Source: Fimbriimonadales bacterium
GTDB taxonomy: Bacteria > Armatimonadota > Fimbriimonadia > Fimbriimonadales > JABRVX01
Reading direction: 5' to 3'
NCBI GenBank assembly: GCA_045862955.1
Contig: BTVI01000026.1
Coordinates: forward strand, 1-44,608
DNA length: 44,608 bases
The notes below the pieces were generated by a model. That model worked only from the letters and a program-made list of their open reading frames with translations. It searched no databases and was not told where the DNA came from. Positions 28,534 to 36,691 of the stretch are shown one piece after another. A program made the translations under genes and the position numbers. The stretch's first letter is position 1, and each line of letters begins with the position of its first letter.

Positions 28534-29862
28534 ATGGCATTTCGCGCAGGCAACGCGTTTCGTGACGTGCAGGTTCTTACCAAGGAGATTGGGCCCCGCT
28601 TCGCCGGAACCGAAGGCGAGAGGCGGGGCGCTGAGTATTTGGCCGAGGCCTTTCGGCGCGGTGGCTTGGAGCCCGTGCTGGAGCCCTTTCCCATCCTCGC
28701 CCGCCGGATCACCCACCAGAAGCTGGAAGTCGAGGGGCTGGGCGAGGTCCCGTGCATCGGCAACCTCGGGTCACCCACCGGCCGCAACACTGGAGAGGGC
28801 GTCCTGACATTCGCCGAGACTGGCCAGGAGTGCGACATCGGCAAGAACCTCGCGGACAAAGTTCTCCTGATCTTCGGCGAGCTCGGCTTGCAGCAGTACA
28901 AGGCGCAGATGGCGCGCAGACCAGCGGCCATAGTGGTCGTCGAGTCCCAACTCCACCTACATCCTAGGCGTCACTACGTGCGGCCCGAGGTGGTGCAGCG
29001 GTACGGGAGCGTGCCGATGGTCCGGGTCGACTTTCAGACCGGACGTCGCCTGATGGAAGCTCGAGGCAAGCGAGGGAAGGTCACCGTCGAAGCACAATCC
29101 GAGGACGCGAAGGCCTATAACGTTCGTGCGGACGTCGAAGGAAGCGAGCGGCCCGACGAGATCGTGGTCGTGTGCGGTCATTACGATAGCGTCCACGAAG
29201 GTCCAGGCACACTCGACAACGCCGCAGGTGCGGCGATGGTAGTCGAAGTCGCGAGGCACGTGAAGGAGGTGGGCACGGCTCGCTCGATGCGGTTCTATGC
29301 CTTCAGTGGGGAAGAGCAAGGGCTGTACGGTAGCATACACACGGTGCGCGAGCTACGCAAGGCGGACAAAGAGGCGAAGAAGGACAAGGAGTTCGTCAAC
29401 CGAGGCGGCCAGACCGAATGGGACCGTCATCGCCTCTGCGTGAATCTGGACTTGCAAGGCTCACTGCTTGCCAATTCTGCCGCGTGGTACACCGGTCCCA
29501 GCGACCTCGGCGCATCCATTCGATTGATGGCCGCAGAAGCCGGACCGTTTCACGTAGTGCATGATGATGTGTACAGTTCAGACAACGCGCCCTACTCGGA
29601 TGGAGGCGTCCCTGCACTGTCCTTCGCTAGGACGGGGCCGTTGCTCTACTACGGCCACACCGATGAGGACCGCTTCGAGCACTGCGAAGAAGAAGGCCTT
29701 CAGATCGCAGGGGACTTCATAATCCGCTGGCTCGACAGGTATGTTACGCAGGCCCTAATGTTCCCGTTCGACCGGGAGATCCCGCCGGAGCATCGCGCGA
29801 AGCTGGATAAGTACTTCAAGGACCGTCTTCTGGCCCGTTTGGACGAAGGCCTAGAGGACTGA
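28534..29862 (+). CDS. M28 family aminopeptidase with PA-like insert
   Basis: IGPRFAGT, GHYDS, DNAAG, GEEQGLYGS, NLD, SDN, YGHTDED motifs. Confidence 0.88.
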   Translation: MAFRAGNAFRDVQVLTKEIGPRFAGTEGERRGAEYLAEAFRRGGLEPVLEPFPILARRITHQKLEVEGLGEVPCIGNLGSPTGRNTGEGVLTFAETGQECDIGKNLADKVLLIFGELGLQQYKAQMARRPAAIVVVESQLHLHPRRHYVRPEVVQRYGSVPMVRVDFQTGRRLMEARGKRGKVTVEAQSEDAKAYNVRADVEGSERPDEIVVVCGHYDSVHEGPGTLDNAAGAAMVVEVARHVKEVGTARSMRFYAFSGEEQGLYGSIHTVRELRKADKEAKKDKEFVNRGGQTEWDRHRLCVNLDLQGSLLANSAAWYTGPSDLGASIRLMAAEAGPFHVVHDDVYSSDNAPYSDGGVPALSFARTGPLLYYGHTDEDRFEHCEEEGLQIAGDFIIRWLDRYVTQALMFPFDREIPPEHRAKLDKYFKDRLLARLDEGLED

Positions 29863-29879
29863 ATGAGGAGAGTGAAGCC

Positions 29880-30941
29880 ATGAAGAGGATCACCAAAGCA
29901 GCGGCAGTCGCAATCAGCTTCTGGCTGGTGGCGTTCGCTACCGCACAGAAGGAGGACGCCGTGACCCAGGATACCCCGAAGTGGGACCCTAGCCAGAAGA
30001 CGTATTCGCCCAAGCCGAACGAGACCGTCATCAAGTGGTCGTTCGTGACCGAGCACGGAGTGATGCCGGAGAAGGGGACGGGAGACGTCTATATGCTCCT
30101 GCACTTCAACGAGGCTCCGAAGACGTGCGCTCACATTCTGGACCTCGTAAAGCAGAAGTTCTACGACGGAATCAAGATTCATCGCATCGAGACACGTGCG
30201 GACTTCGCTTTGGTGCAGTGGGGCAATCCGGAGACCAAGAAGCCGGATTGGGACGGAACTCGCGAGACCGGCAGCGGCACTACGGTCCCTCGGGAGCTGA
30301 GCGACCTCATTCACGACATCGGTGCAGTGGGGCTGGCACGCGCGCAGGACCCTAACAGCGGTGACTGCCAAATGTACGTGTGCTTGGTCAAAATCCCGCG
30401 CCTGGACAAGCAGTATGCGGTCTTCGGACAAGTGGTTGCCGGCTTGGACGTGATGAAGTACGTCAAGATCGGCAGTCGGGTCGCGTCCGTCACCGTGGTG
30501 CAGGAAGGTACCGATGCGAAGGCGGCGCTGCAGAAGATTGCCGAGGAGACGAATCCCGGCGACGTGGCTCTGAAACTCGCGGACCCAGACGGCAAGCTCT
30601 CGTGGCGCAATATCGGGAGCCTCCGCCTGGCCGACGTAAAGGAGGGAGAGGGCGACCCGATCAAGGAGGGCGAAGTCGCTCTCGTGCACTACACGGGTTG
30701 GCTCGTCAACGGCACCGTGTTCGATTCCTCGCGCGACAAGCCGAACCCCTTCCGATTCAAACTGGCGACCGGGAGCGTCATTCGCGGCTGGGATCAGGGT
30801 GTGCTCGGGATGAAGGTCGGGGGCGTGCGCAAGCTGATCATCCCGCCCGACCTCGGGTATGGCGCCGCATCGGTGGGTGCGATTCCGCCGAACTCCACCC
30901 TCGTGTTCGAAGTGGAGCTGGTGCAAATCGTTAGGGAGTAG
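29880..30941 (+). CDS. Secreted cyclophilin + FKBP dual peptidyl-prolyl isomerase fusion
   Basis: Signal peptide. Cyclophilin: FYDG..HRI, GAVGLAR..NSGDCQ, YAVFGQV. FKBP: VHYTG..FDSS, VIRGWDQG, IPPDLGYG, IPPNSTLVFEVEL. Confidence 0.92.
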   Translation: MKRITKAAAVAISFWLVAFATAQKEDAVTQDTPKWDPSQKTYSPKPNETVIKWSFVTEHGVMPEKGTGDVYMLLHFNEAPKTCAHILDLVKQKFYDGIKIHRIETRADFALVQWGNPETKKPDWDGTRETGSGTTVPRELSDLIHDIGAVGLARAQDPNSGDCQMYVCLVKIPRLDKQYAVFGQVVAGLDVMKYVKIGSRVASVTVVQEGTDAKAALQKIAEETNPGDVALKLADPDGKLSWRNIGSLRLADVKEGEGDPIKEGEVALVHYTGWLVNGTVFDSSRDKPNPFRFKLATGSVIRGWDQGVLGMKVGGVRKLIIPPDLGYGAASVGAIPPNSTLVFEVELVQIVRE

Positions 30942-30989
30942 GGAACGGGTCCCCGCATTCTCCGCCCGGATCCACGACCCGAGGTCGCG

Positions 30990-31072
30990 CTGGATTCCCG
31001 CCTTCGCGGGAACGACAAGTGCTTCTTGTCATGACTAAGCCGTTTGTCATGCCCGCGAAGGTGGGAATCCAG
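30990..31072. repeat. Inverted doublet of a second REP-like palindrome (GTCAT-CCCGCGAAGGYGGGAATCCAG type)
   Basis: CTGGATTCCCGCCTTCGCGGGAACGAC at 30990 and GTCATGCCCGCGAAGGTGGGAATCCAG at 31046 are mutual reverse complements with few mismatches. Confidence 0.85.
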
Positions 31073-31167
31073 TCCGGGAGGCTCCCCGACGATGCCCCGG
31101 CGCGATCCTCGGGCTCACGGTGTGCGAGAAGTGGGTGCCGATTGGCGGATGCGGGCCAGGGCACAGG

Positions 31168-32100
31168 ATGAGCCGACCACTCGAGGAGGCGGTCTCCGTC
31201 ATCATTGTCAACTACAACACGGTGGACGAGCTTCGTCGCTGTCTCGCCAGTCTCCCGAAGGTCCCCACCGTCGTAGTGGACAACGCATCCAACGATGGTA
31301 GCGGTGCCATGGTCCGGCAGGAGTTTCCCCATGTCGGCCTCCTCCAGTCCTTCGTGAACCGTGGCTTCGGTCGGGGGTGCAACGAGGTGCTGCCCCACTG
31401 CACCACGGACTACGCCCTAATTCTCAACCCGGACGTCGAGGTATCGCCGGGAGCCGTTGAACGCCTTGTCGAGGTGATGGATGCTAGGCCCAGCGCTGTG
31501 GCTTGCGGAGGAAAGCTAGTCGATCCGGACGGCACACTCCAGCCCTCCTGCGCGGAGCGCCTAACCCTCTGGCACGTCTTCCTCGAGCAGTCCGGCCTCT
31601 CCAAGCTGTTCCCACGAACACGTCTCTTCGGCTCCTACTTCATGACCTGGTGGGACCATGCGAGCACGCGACCGGTCGAGCAGGTGATGGGGGCATGCCT
31701 GATGCTGAGGCGCGGGCCGGACGGCGAGTTCCCGCTCTTCGACCCACGCTTCTTCCTCTACTGCGAAGACACGGATCTGTGTCACCGCCTGCGAGAGCGA
31801 GGCGAGATCCTCTACGTGCACGACGCGGTGTTTCGCCACGCGCTCGGGGCGAGTGGTCGCGCGGCGCGGGCCGAAATGGTGTCGCTGTACAACCGAGGCA
31901 AGGAGCTGTACTTTCTCATCCACCGCGGGAAGCTGGCTGCCGTCGCATGTAGGCTATTCGCTATCATGGGTGCTCTCTTGCGGCTTCCGCTCTGGGCGGT
32001 GCGTCCGGAGAAGGGAAGAGTATTCGTCAGAGTGCTGCGTGACTGCTTGACCCTTCCGCTGGGACATCAGCCGGACGCAGGGCTGCGACCTCCGCGATAA
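31168..32100 (+). CDS. Glycosyltransferase family 2 (WbbL/rhamnosyltransferase-like)
   Basis: SVIIVNYN, VVDNASND, NRGFG, LNPD, GACLM, FFLYCEDTDLC motifs. Confidence 0.9.
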   Translation: MSRPLEEAVSVIIVNYNTVDELRRCLASLPKVPTVVVDNASNDGSGAMVRQEFPHVGLLQSFVNRGFGRGCNEVLPHCTTDYALILNPDVEVSPGAVERLVEVMDARPSAVACGGKLVDPDGTLQPSCAERLTLWHVFLEQSGLSKLFPRTRLFGSYFMTWWDHASTRPVEQVMGACLMLRRGPDGEFPLFDPRFFLYCEDTDLCHRLRERGEILYVHDAVFRHALGASGRAARAEMVSLYNRGKELYFLIHRGKLAAVACRLFAIMGALLRLPLWAVRPEKGRVFVRVLRDCLTLPLGHQPDAGLRPPR

Positions 32101-32959
32101 GCACCGTGCAGTTGTCGGTTCCTCCCCTCTCCAGTGCAAGGGCTACTAGCCTGCGACAGGCCTCCGAGGGGCCGTGGGTGGCCATGTGTTCGTGGATCTC
32201 CTCGTCTGTCACGTGATTCGTGAGGCCGTCGCTGCAGAGCAAGAACCGGTCTCCAACGCGCACCTCGACCGAATACAGGTCGGGCTCGGTTGTCCGATCG
32301 GTACCGATGGCGCGGGTGATCACGTGCGCGAATGGCGAGTGCTCGGCTTCGGCCGGCGACATCAAGCCGGAGCGCACGCTCTCTTCCACGAGAGTGTGGT
32401 CGGTCGTAACCCGCGCGAACGTGTCACCAGATAACCGATAGCAACGCGAGTCACCCACGTGAGCGACCAGCCCCTGATCTTGGCAGATGAGCAGTGCAGT
32501 CAGCGTGCTGCCCATTCCTTGTCGACTCCGAACGGCCTCGGCTACGTCACACACGTATCGCGCAGCTTCCCGCACCGCATAGGCGGCCGCATCCGCGAAG
32601 TACGGCACTTTGGACCCGTAATACGACTCGATGAAGGTCTTGCACGCCAGTTCGCTGGCGATCTGGCCCGCCGCCGCTCCTCCCATTCCGTCACACACCA
32701 CGAAAGCCGACCCGCGGGCAGCGATGACCGCAGGCTCGTCCGGCTGGTAGAACTCGAACTTGTCCTCGTTGTTTTCCCGCACCTTACCGAGGTCGGTCTT
32801 GGCGGCGACACGAACGGTGGGTATGGTCCGCAGAGGTGGCGGCTCGACTCCGCCGAGGTTGGGCCGCTCCAGTTCTTGCGTCGGCTCGTCGAGCTCCGCA
32901 CCGCAGTTCGCGCAGAAGCGAGCTACGGGCTCGTTGTCTGCGCCGCACGAGCACCTCAT
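32027..32959 (-). CDS. PP2C/PPM Ser/Thr phosphatase with N-terminal Zn ribbon
   Basis: CSC..CANC. RENNED, CDGMGG, HVGDSR, ITRAIG, CSDGL, GGTDN motifs. Confidence 0.93.
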   Translation of the reverse strand: MRCSCGADNEPVARFCANCGAELDEPTQELERPNLGGVEPPPLRTIPTVRVAAKTDLGKVRENNEDKFEFYQPDEPAVIAARGSAFVVCDGMGGAAAGQIASELACKTFIESYYGSKVPYFADAAAYAVREAARYVCDVAEAVRSRQGMGSTLTALLICQDQGLVAHVGDSRCYRLSGDTFARVTTDHTLVEESVRSGLMSPAEAEHSPFAHVITRAIGTDRTTEPDLYSVEVRVGDRFLLCSDGLTNHVTDEEIHEHMATHGPSEACRRLVALALERGGTDNCTVLIAEVAALRPADVPAEGSSSHAAL

Positions 32960-33837
32960 TCAGTCGCCTCGAGAACTCGCAGTGTGTATCGTTTCTGCCC
33001 GATAGTCACCACGTCTCCATCGTGGAGCTCGACTTCAGCATTAGGCTCTACGCGCTCGTCGTTGACCGCCGATCCGTTGGTGCTGCCAACGTCCATGAAC
33101 GCGATGGCACCCTTCGACACACTGAGGCGAGCGTGGGAACCAGAAACGTAAGGATCCGGAATCACGATGGTGTTCGTCGCCCTGCGCCCGATGCTCATTT
33201 CGCCCTCGAACAGGTCGTGGCACGAGCCGTCCTCGCCTTCCAGCCTTGCGACGACCGGACCTTGTTCGACCGGCTTCTCCGCGGCTTCTGAGGGAGGTGC
33301 CGGCATCGCCTCCGTGCGCATCGCTTCGCCCGGCAACGTGATGGTCATCTCGAAGCCGCCGAAGGAGACCCGAGCGCCGTGCCCTACGGGAACGCGGACA
33401 CCCGGTTGGAGAGGCTTCCCATCTACCTTGGTGCCATTCGTGCTGCCGGCATCCTCGAGTTCGGCTCCCTGTTCGGTCAAGTAGAGCGTCGCATGCCTGC
33501 GCGATACACGGGGGTCGGAGAGGAGCACGTCGGTCGCTTCTCGCCCAATACTGTTCTCGCCGAGGCGAAGTGGATGCTCTCGCCCAGTAGCGACCTCCAC
33601 TAGGCAGGGCAAGGGTGCCGCGGCGACGGCGACCGCCTCCTCCGGCAGCCCGTTCTCGAACAGCAACCCACACTCCACACAGAACTTCTCCCCTGGCGGG
33701 TTGTGTTGCTTGCACACCGGACATTGCACCGGCTTCAGGGCCTGAGTCGCCCCTGCGCCGGGCGACGGTGCCCCGATGACGGTCTTCATCGGGTCGCTCG
33801 GCATCGCCTGTGTCGCCCGTGGGTCCAGCTCTTCCAT
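32956..33837 (-). CDS. Zn-ribbon plus tandem FHA domain protein
   Basis: CPVC..CVEC. Two GR..S.xH..STNG FHA motifs. Confidence 0.92.
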   Translation of the reverse strand: MEELDPRATQAMPSDPMKTVIGAPSPGAGATQALKPVQCPVCKQHNPPGEKFCVECGLLFENGLPEEAVAVAAAPLPCLVEVATGREHPLRLGENSIGREATDVLLSDPRVSRRHATLYLTEQGAELEDAGSTNGTKVDGKPLQPGVRVPVGHGARVSFGGFEMTITLPGEAMRTEAMPAPPSEAAEKPVEQGPVVARLEGEDGSCHDLFEGEMSIGRRATNTIVIPDPYVSGSHARLSVSKGAIAFMDVGSTNGSAVNDERVEPNAEVELHDGDVVTIGQKRYTLRVLEATE

Positions 33838-33854
33838 GCCGTTCCTCTCCTCGT

Positions 33855-35243
33855 CTACTGTCCGCTTCTCTTGCCCTGATCCAAGGTCATCACGGTGCCG
33901 ATCAGTGTCTTCTCCACCGACCCCGTGTCGCCGCGCTGCAGTTCCCGAATCGCCTGCGCGACCTCTTGCGCTTCTTGCGTTCGCCCTTGGCTTGCCAGCA
34001 TCGCCTGTGTCTTTTGCAGTTCCATAACCGCGGTCGCGGTGGAGAGCTGCTGGGTGCGCATCCCCATAATGGTCTTCTCCACGGCGCGAGAGGCAGCCGC
34101 GGCCTGAATCTCTCGCGCAACCCGCGGATCGGCTTCCAAAGGCACCTTCGCTCGGTCCGTGGTGAACTCCAGAATCAGGTCACCCTCTAGAGTCTCGCGC
34201 TTGCCAGTCACCCCGTCGTCATAGGTCACCGCAGCTCGTACCACCCGATAGGTTCCCGCCGGATGGTTGGGAAAGTCCAGCTCCAGAACGGTGCCTAGGG
34301 TAGTTCCGCGCTCGATATCCGCAAGGTCCAGCGTCACCTCGCGAAGCGACAGGTTCACGTTGTGGCCGTAAATCTGCCTCGGTTGCACCCACCGCGCAAA
34401 GCGGAGCTGCAGGTCCACGTTGGTCGCCACCGTGGTCATCAGCCGATGCAGCTCCGTACGAAACACTTCTGGCAAGAGGTCCGGCCGCGAGATGTAGTAA
34501 TAGTTCCCCCCGGCCCTGCGGGCGATGCCGGCAACCAGCTCCTCGTTGTACTCCGGCCCGAAGCCGAGCGCCGTGACCGTGATCCCCCGGTTCTTCATCT
34601 CTCCCACGAGACCCACGATGGATGGAAAATCTCGAATGCCGGCGGTCGGGTCTCCGTCCGACAGCAATAGCAGTCGCTGCAGTCTGCCCGGCTCCGTCAC
34701 GCTGCCGAGCTGCTGTGCGCCCAGTTGCAGCCCGTCATACAGGTTGGTGGTGTTGCCGGCGTAGATCTGCTGAATGTTCTGCTTGATCAGGTCCTTATTC
34801 AGCACCTTGCGCGGGGGCATGACCACTTCCACCGTCTCCTCGAAGGTGACGATGCTGAGGATGTCGTTCGTGTCGAGCAGGTCCACCACGTACCCGCAGG
34901 CTCGCTTCACGTACTCCAGTGGCTCGCCTTCCATGGAGCCGCTGCGGTCGATCACCAGGCACAGATTGAGCGGCTGCCGGCCCGACCCGAGCGCTTCCGA
35001 TGCGGTGAGGTCTATCAGGAACGCCTCTCGCGAAAGTGCATTGGCCAGGGTGACCGGGCGGCCTGGGATGACGCTGAGCGAAAGCGCTTTGCCTGCGGGC
35101 ACACCCACCATGCGCGTTCGATGGGGGTCCATTTGCACCTGCTGGGTGCGATTAGGGTCCGGAACGCCGATCTGTGTACGGTTCGGATCGGGGAAGCCTC
35201 CGATCTGGGTCTTGTTCGGATCATTCGGGCCGGGAATGGTCAT
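33855..35243 (-). CDS. VWA domain protein with N-terminal DPxxT repeats
   Basis: MIDAS motif DRSGSM..T..LSDG, GGNYYY. GGAGG RBS. Confidence 0.92.
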   Translation of the reverse strand: MTIPGPNDPNKTQIGGFPDPNRTQIGVPDPNRTQQVQMDPHRTRMVGVPAGKALSLSVIPGRPVTLANALSREAFLIDLTASEALGSGRQPLNLCLVIDRSGSMEGEPLEYVKRACGYVVDLLDTNDILSIVTFEETVEVVMPPRKVLNKDLIKQNIQQIYAGNTTNLYDGLQLGAQQLGSVTEPGRLQRLLLLSDGDPTAGIRDFPSIVGLVGEMKNRGITVTALGFGPEYNEELVAGIARRAGGNYYYISRPDLLPEVFRTELHRLMTTVATNVDLQLRFARWVQPRQIYGHNVNLSLREVTLDLADIERGTTLGTVLELDFPNHPAGTYRVVRAAVTYDDGVTGKRETLEGDLILEFTTDRAKVPLEADPRVAREIQAAAASRAVEKTIMGMRTQQLSTATAVMELQKTQAMLASQGRTQEAQEVAQAIRELQRGDTGSVEKTLIGTVMTLDQGKRSGQ

Positions 35244-35263
35244 GCCGAAAACCTCCAGCGTAG

Positions 35264-36685
35264 CTACTCTACCCGGAAGGACGTTCCACCGATGGTCACG
35301 ATGTCTCCGGGTGCGAGAGCCTGCTGGGTGACCCGCACACCGTTCACGAACGTGCCATTGGTGCTGCCTTCATCGTATATGACGAGTCTTCCCCCCTCGA
35401 TTTGCGCACGAGCGTGCCTGCGACTGACCTGGGCATCGCTCGTCAACGCTATGGGGTTGGACGGGTCGCGACCGATTCCCGTGGGCGTCGGGCCGATTAC
35501 GAACCGCGAGCCCGCGAGCGGCCCATCGGCCACCACGAGAGCGTGCGCCTGAGCCCCAGTGGCCGCGACGAATTCCGTTGGCCGCATGCTGGGTACAGGC
35601 GTGCAGGCACAGTTGCCTGCCGCGTCCTTCGTTTGCCCGCAGAACCTGCATACGTTAGGCGGCGTCATCGAAACCGCGGCTTGCGAAGGCTTCTTCACGT
35701 CTACTGGCGCTCGAACGCCCTGTCCGGCCTTCAATCGGAACTGCAGTACGAACCGCCCGATTTGCAGCGCGTCACCGTCTCTCAGCGTCACCGATTGCAC
35801 GGGCATCCCGTTCACGAAGGTGCCTGCCCCGCTGTCCACCAGTATGTAGTCTCGGCCTACCCTGTCAATGGCCGCGTGCTGTGGCGCCACCGCTGGGTCA
35901 CCGAACAGCGGGATGTCGGCGGTCTCCGAACGTCCGATGACGGTGCGGTTGGCGTCAACCAAATACTCCTTGCCTTCGTTCCTGCCCTGAAGCACTCGGA
36001 CCCACGCCGAGCGCATCAGGAACTCGACTAGGCCAATGAACATGCCGATGCCCGCTCCCACGCACACTAGTCCGACCGCACGGCTGAAGCGTCCAACCTC
36101 CATCCTTCCTGGCTCGAGCTGCTGGGAAATCGGTTGGAAGAACGGCGCAGTGATCTCGAAGAGCACGCCTCCGATAGCGCCTCCGACCAGGCCACCGATG
36201 GCAGCCTGCCTCACTCGCTGCCAAGAGCGTGTCGTAATGGCCTGCCCGGCACCGAGCAGACAGCCGAAGATGCCCCAACCGATGGCCCGCGCCGTGAGTG
36301 CCAAGAGAGGCGCCGCCATGTACGCTCGTGCCGACGCGTAGGGCCGCATCATGGCGTCATAGACGCCCGCCGCGATCTGAACGGAGATGCCGCCAGCCAG
36401 CAGTCCGGCAGCCGCTCCCAACAGCAACCCTCGGCGGAGGTGATGCAGCGAACCGACTGCCCAGCCAGAAGCTCCCGCAACCAAAGCGCCCACGAACATG
36501 CCGGTCGCGGTTCCGAGCAGGTTCTGATGAAAGAGCGAACGGCGATACAGATCGGCCCACTCCGGGGCGTTCGGGTCTACACCGTGCGGCAGAAGCTCGG
36601 CGGGTGAGAATGGTTCACTGACCAGCCACCCGAGCAGTCCGCCCAGCCCTCCGGCGATGAGTAGATAGAGGAGACGCGAGATCAT
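35264..36685 (-). CDS. Polytopic membrane protein with two C-terminal FHA domains and a Cys motif
   Basis: About 6 Gly-rich TM segments. FHA-like IGRSE..H. CRFC..CAC. Canonical FHA IGRD..SRRH..STNGT. Confidence 0.88.
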   Translation of the reverse strand: MISRLLYLLIAGGLGGLLGWLVSEPFSPAELLPHGVDPNAPEWADLYRRSLFHQNLLGTATGMFVGALVAGASGWAVGSLHHLRRGLLLGAAAGLLAGGISVQIAAGVYDAMMRPYASARAYMAAPLLALTARAIGWGIFGCLLGAGQAITTRSWQRVRQAAIGGLVGGAIGGVLFEITAPFFQPISQQLEPGRMEVGRFSRAVGLVCVGAGIGMFIGLVEFLMRSAWVRVLQGRNEGKEYLVDANRTVIGRSETADIPLFGDPAVAPQHAAIDRVGRDYILVDSGAGTFVNGMPVQSVTLRDGDALQIGRFVLQFRLKAGQGVRAPVDVKKPSQAAVSMTPPNVCRFCGQTKDAAGNCACTPVPSMRPTEFVAATGAQAHALVVADGPLAGSRFVIGPTPTGIGRDPSNPIALTSDAQVSRRHARAQIEGGRLVIYDEGSTNGTFVNGVRVTQQALAPGDIVTIGGTSFRVE

Positions 36686-36691
36686 GCCGCA

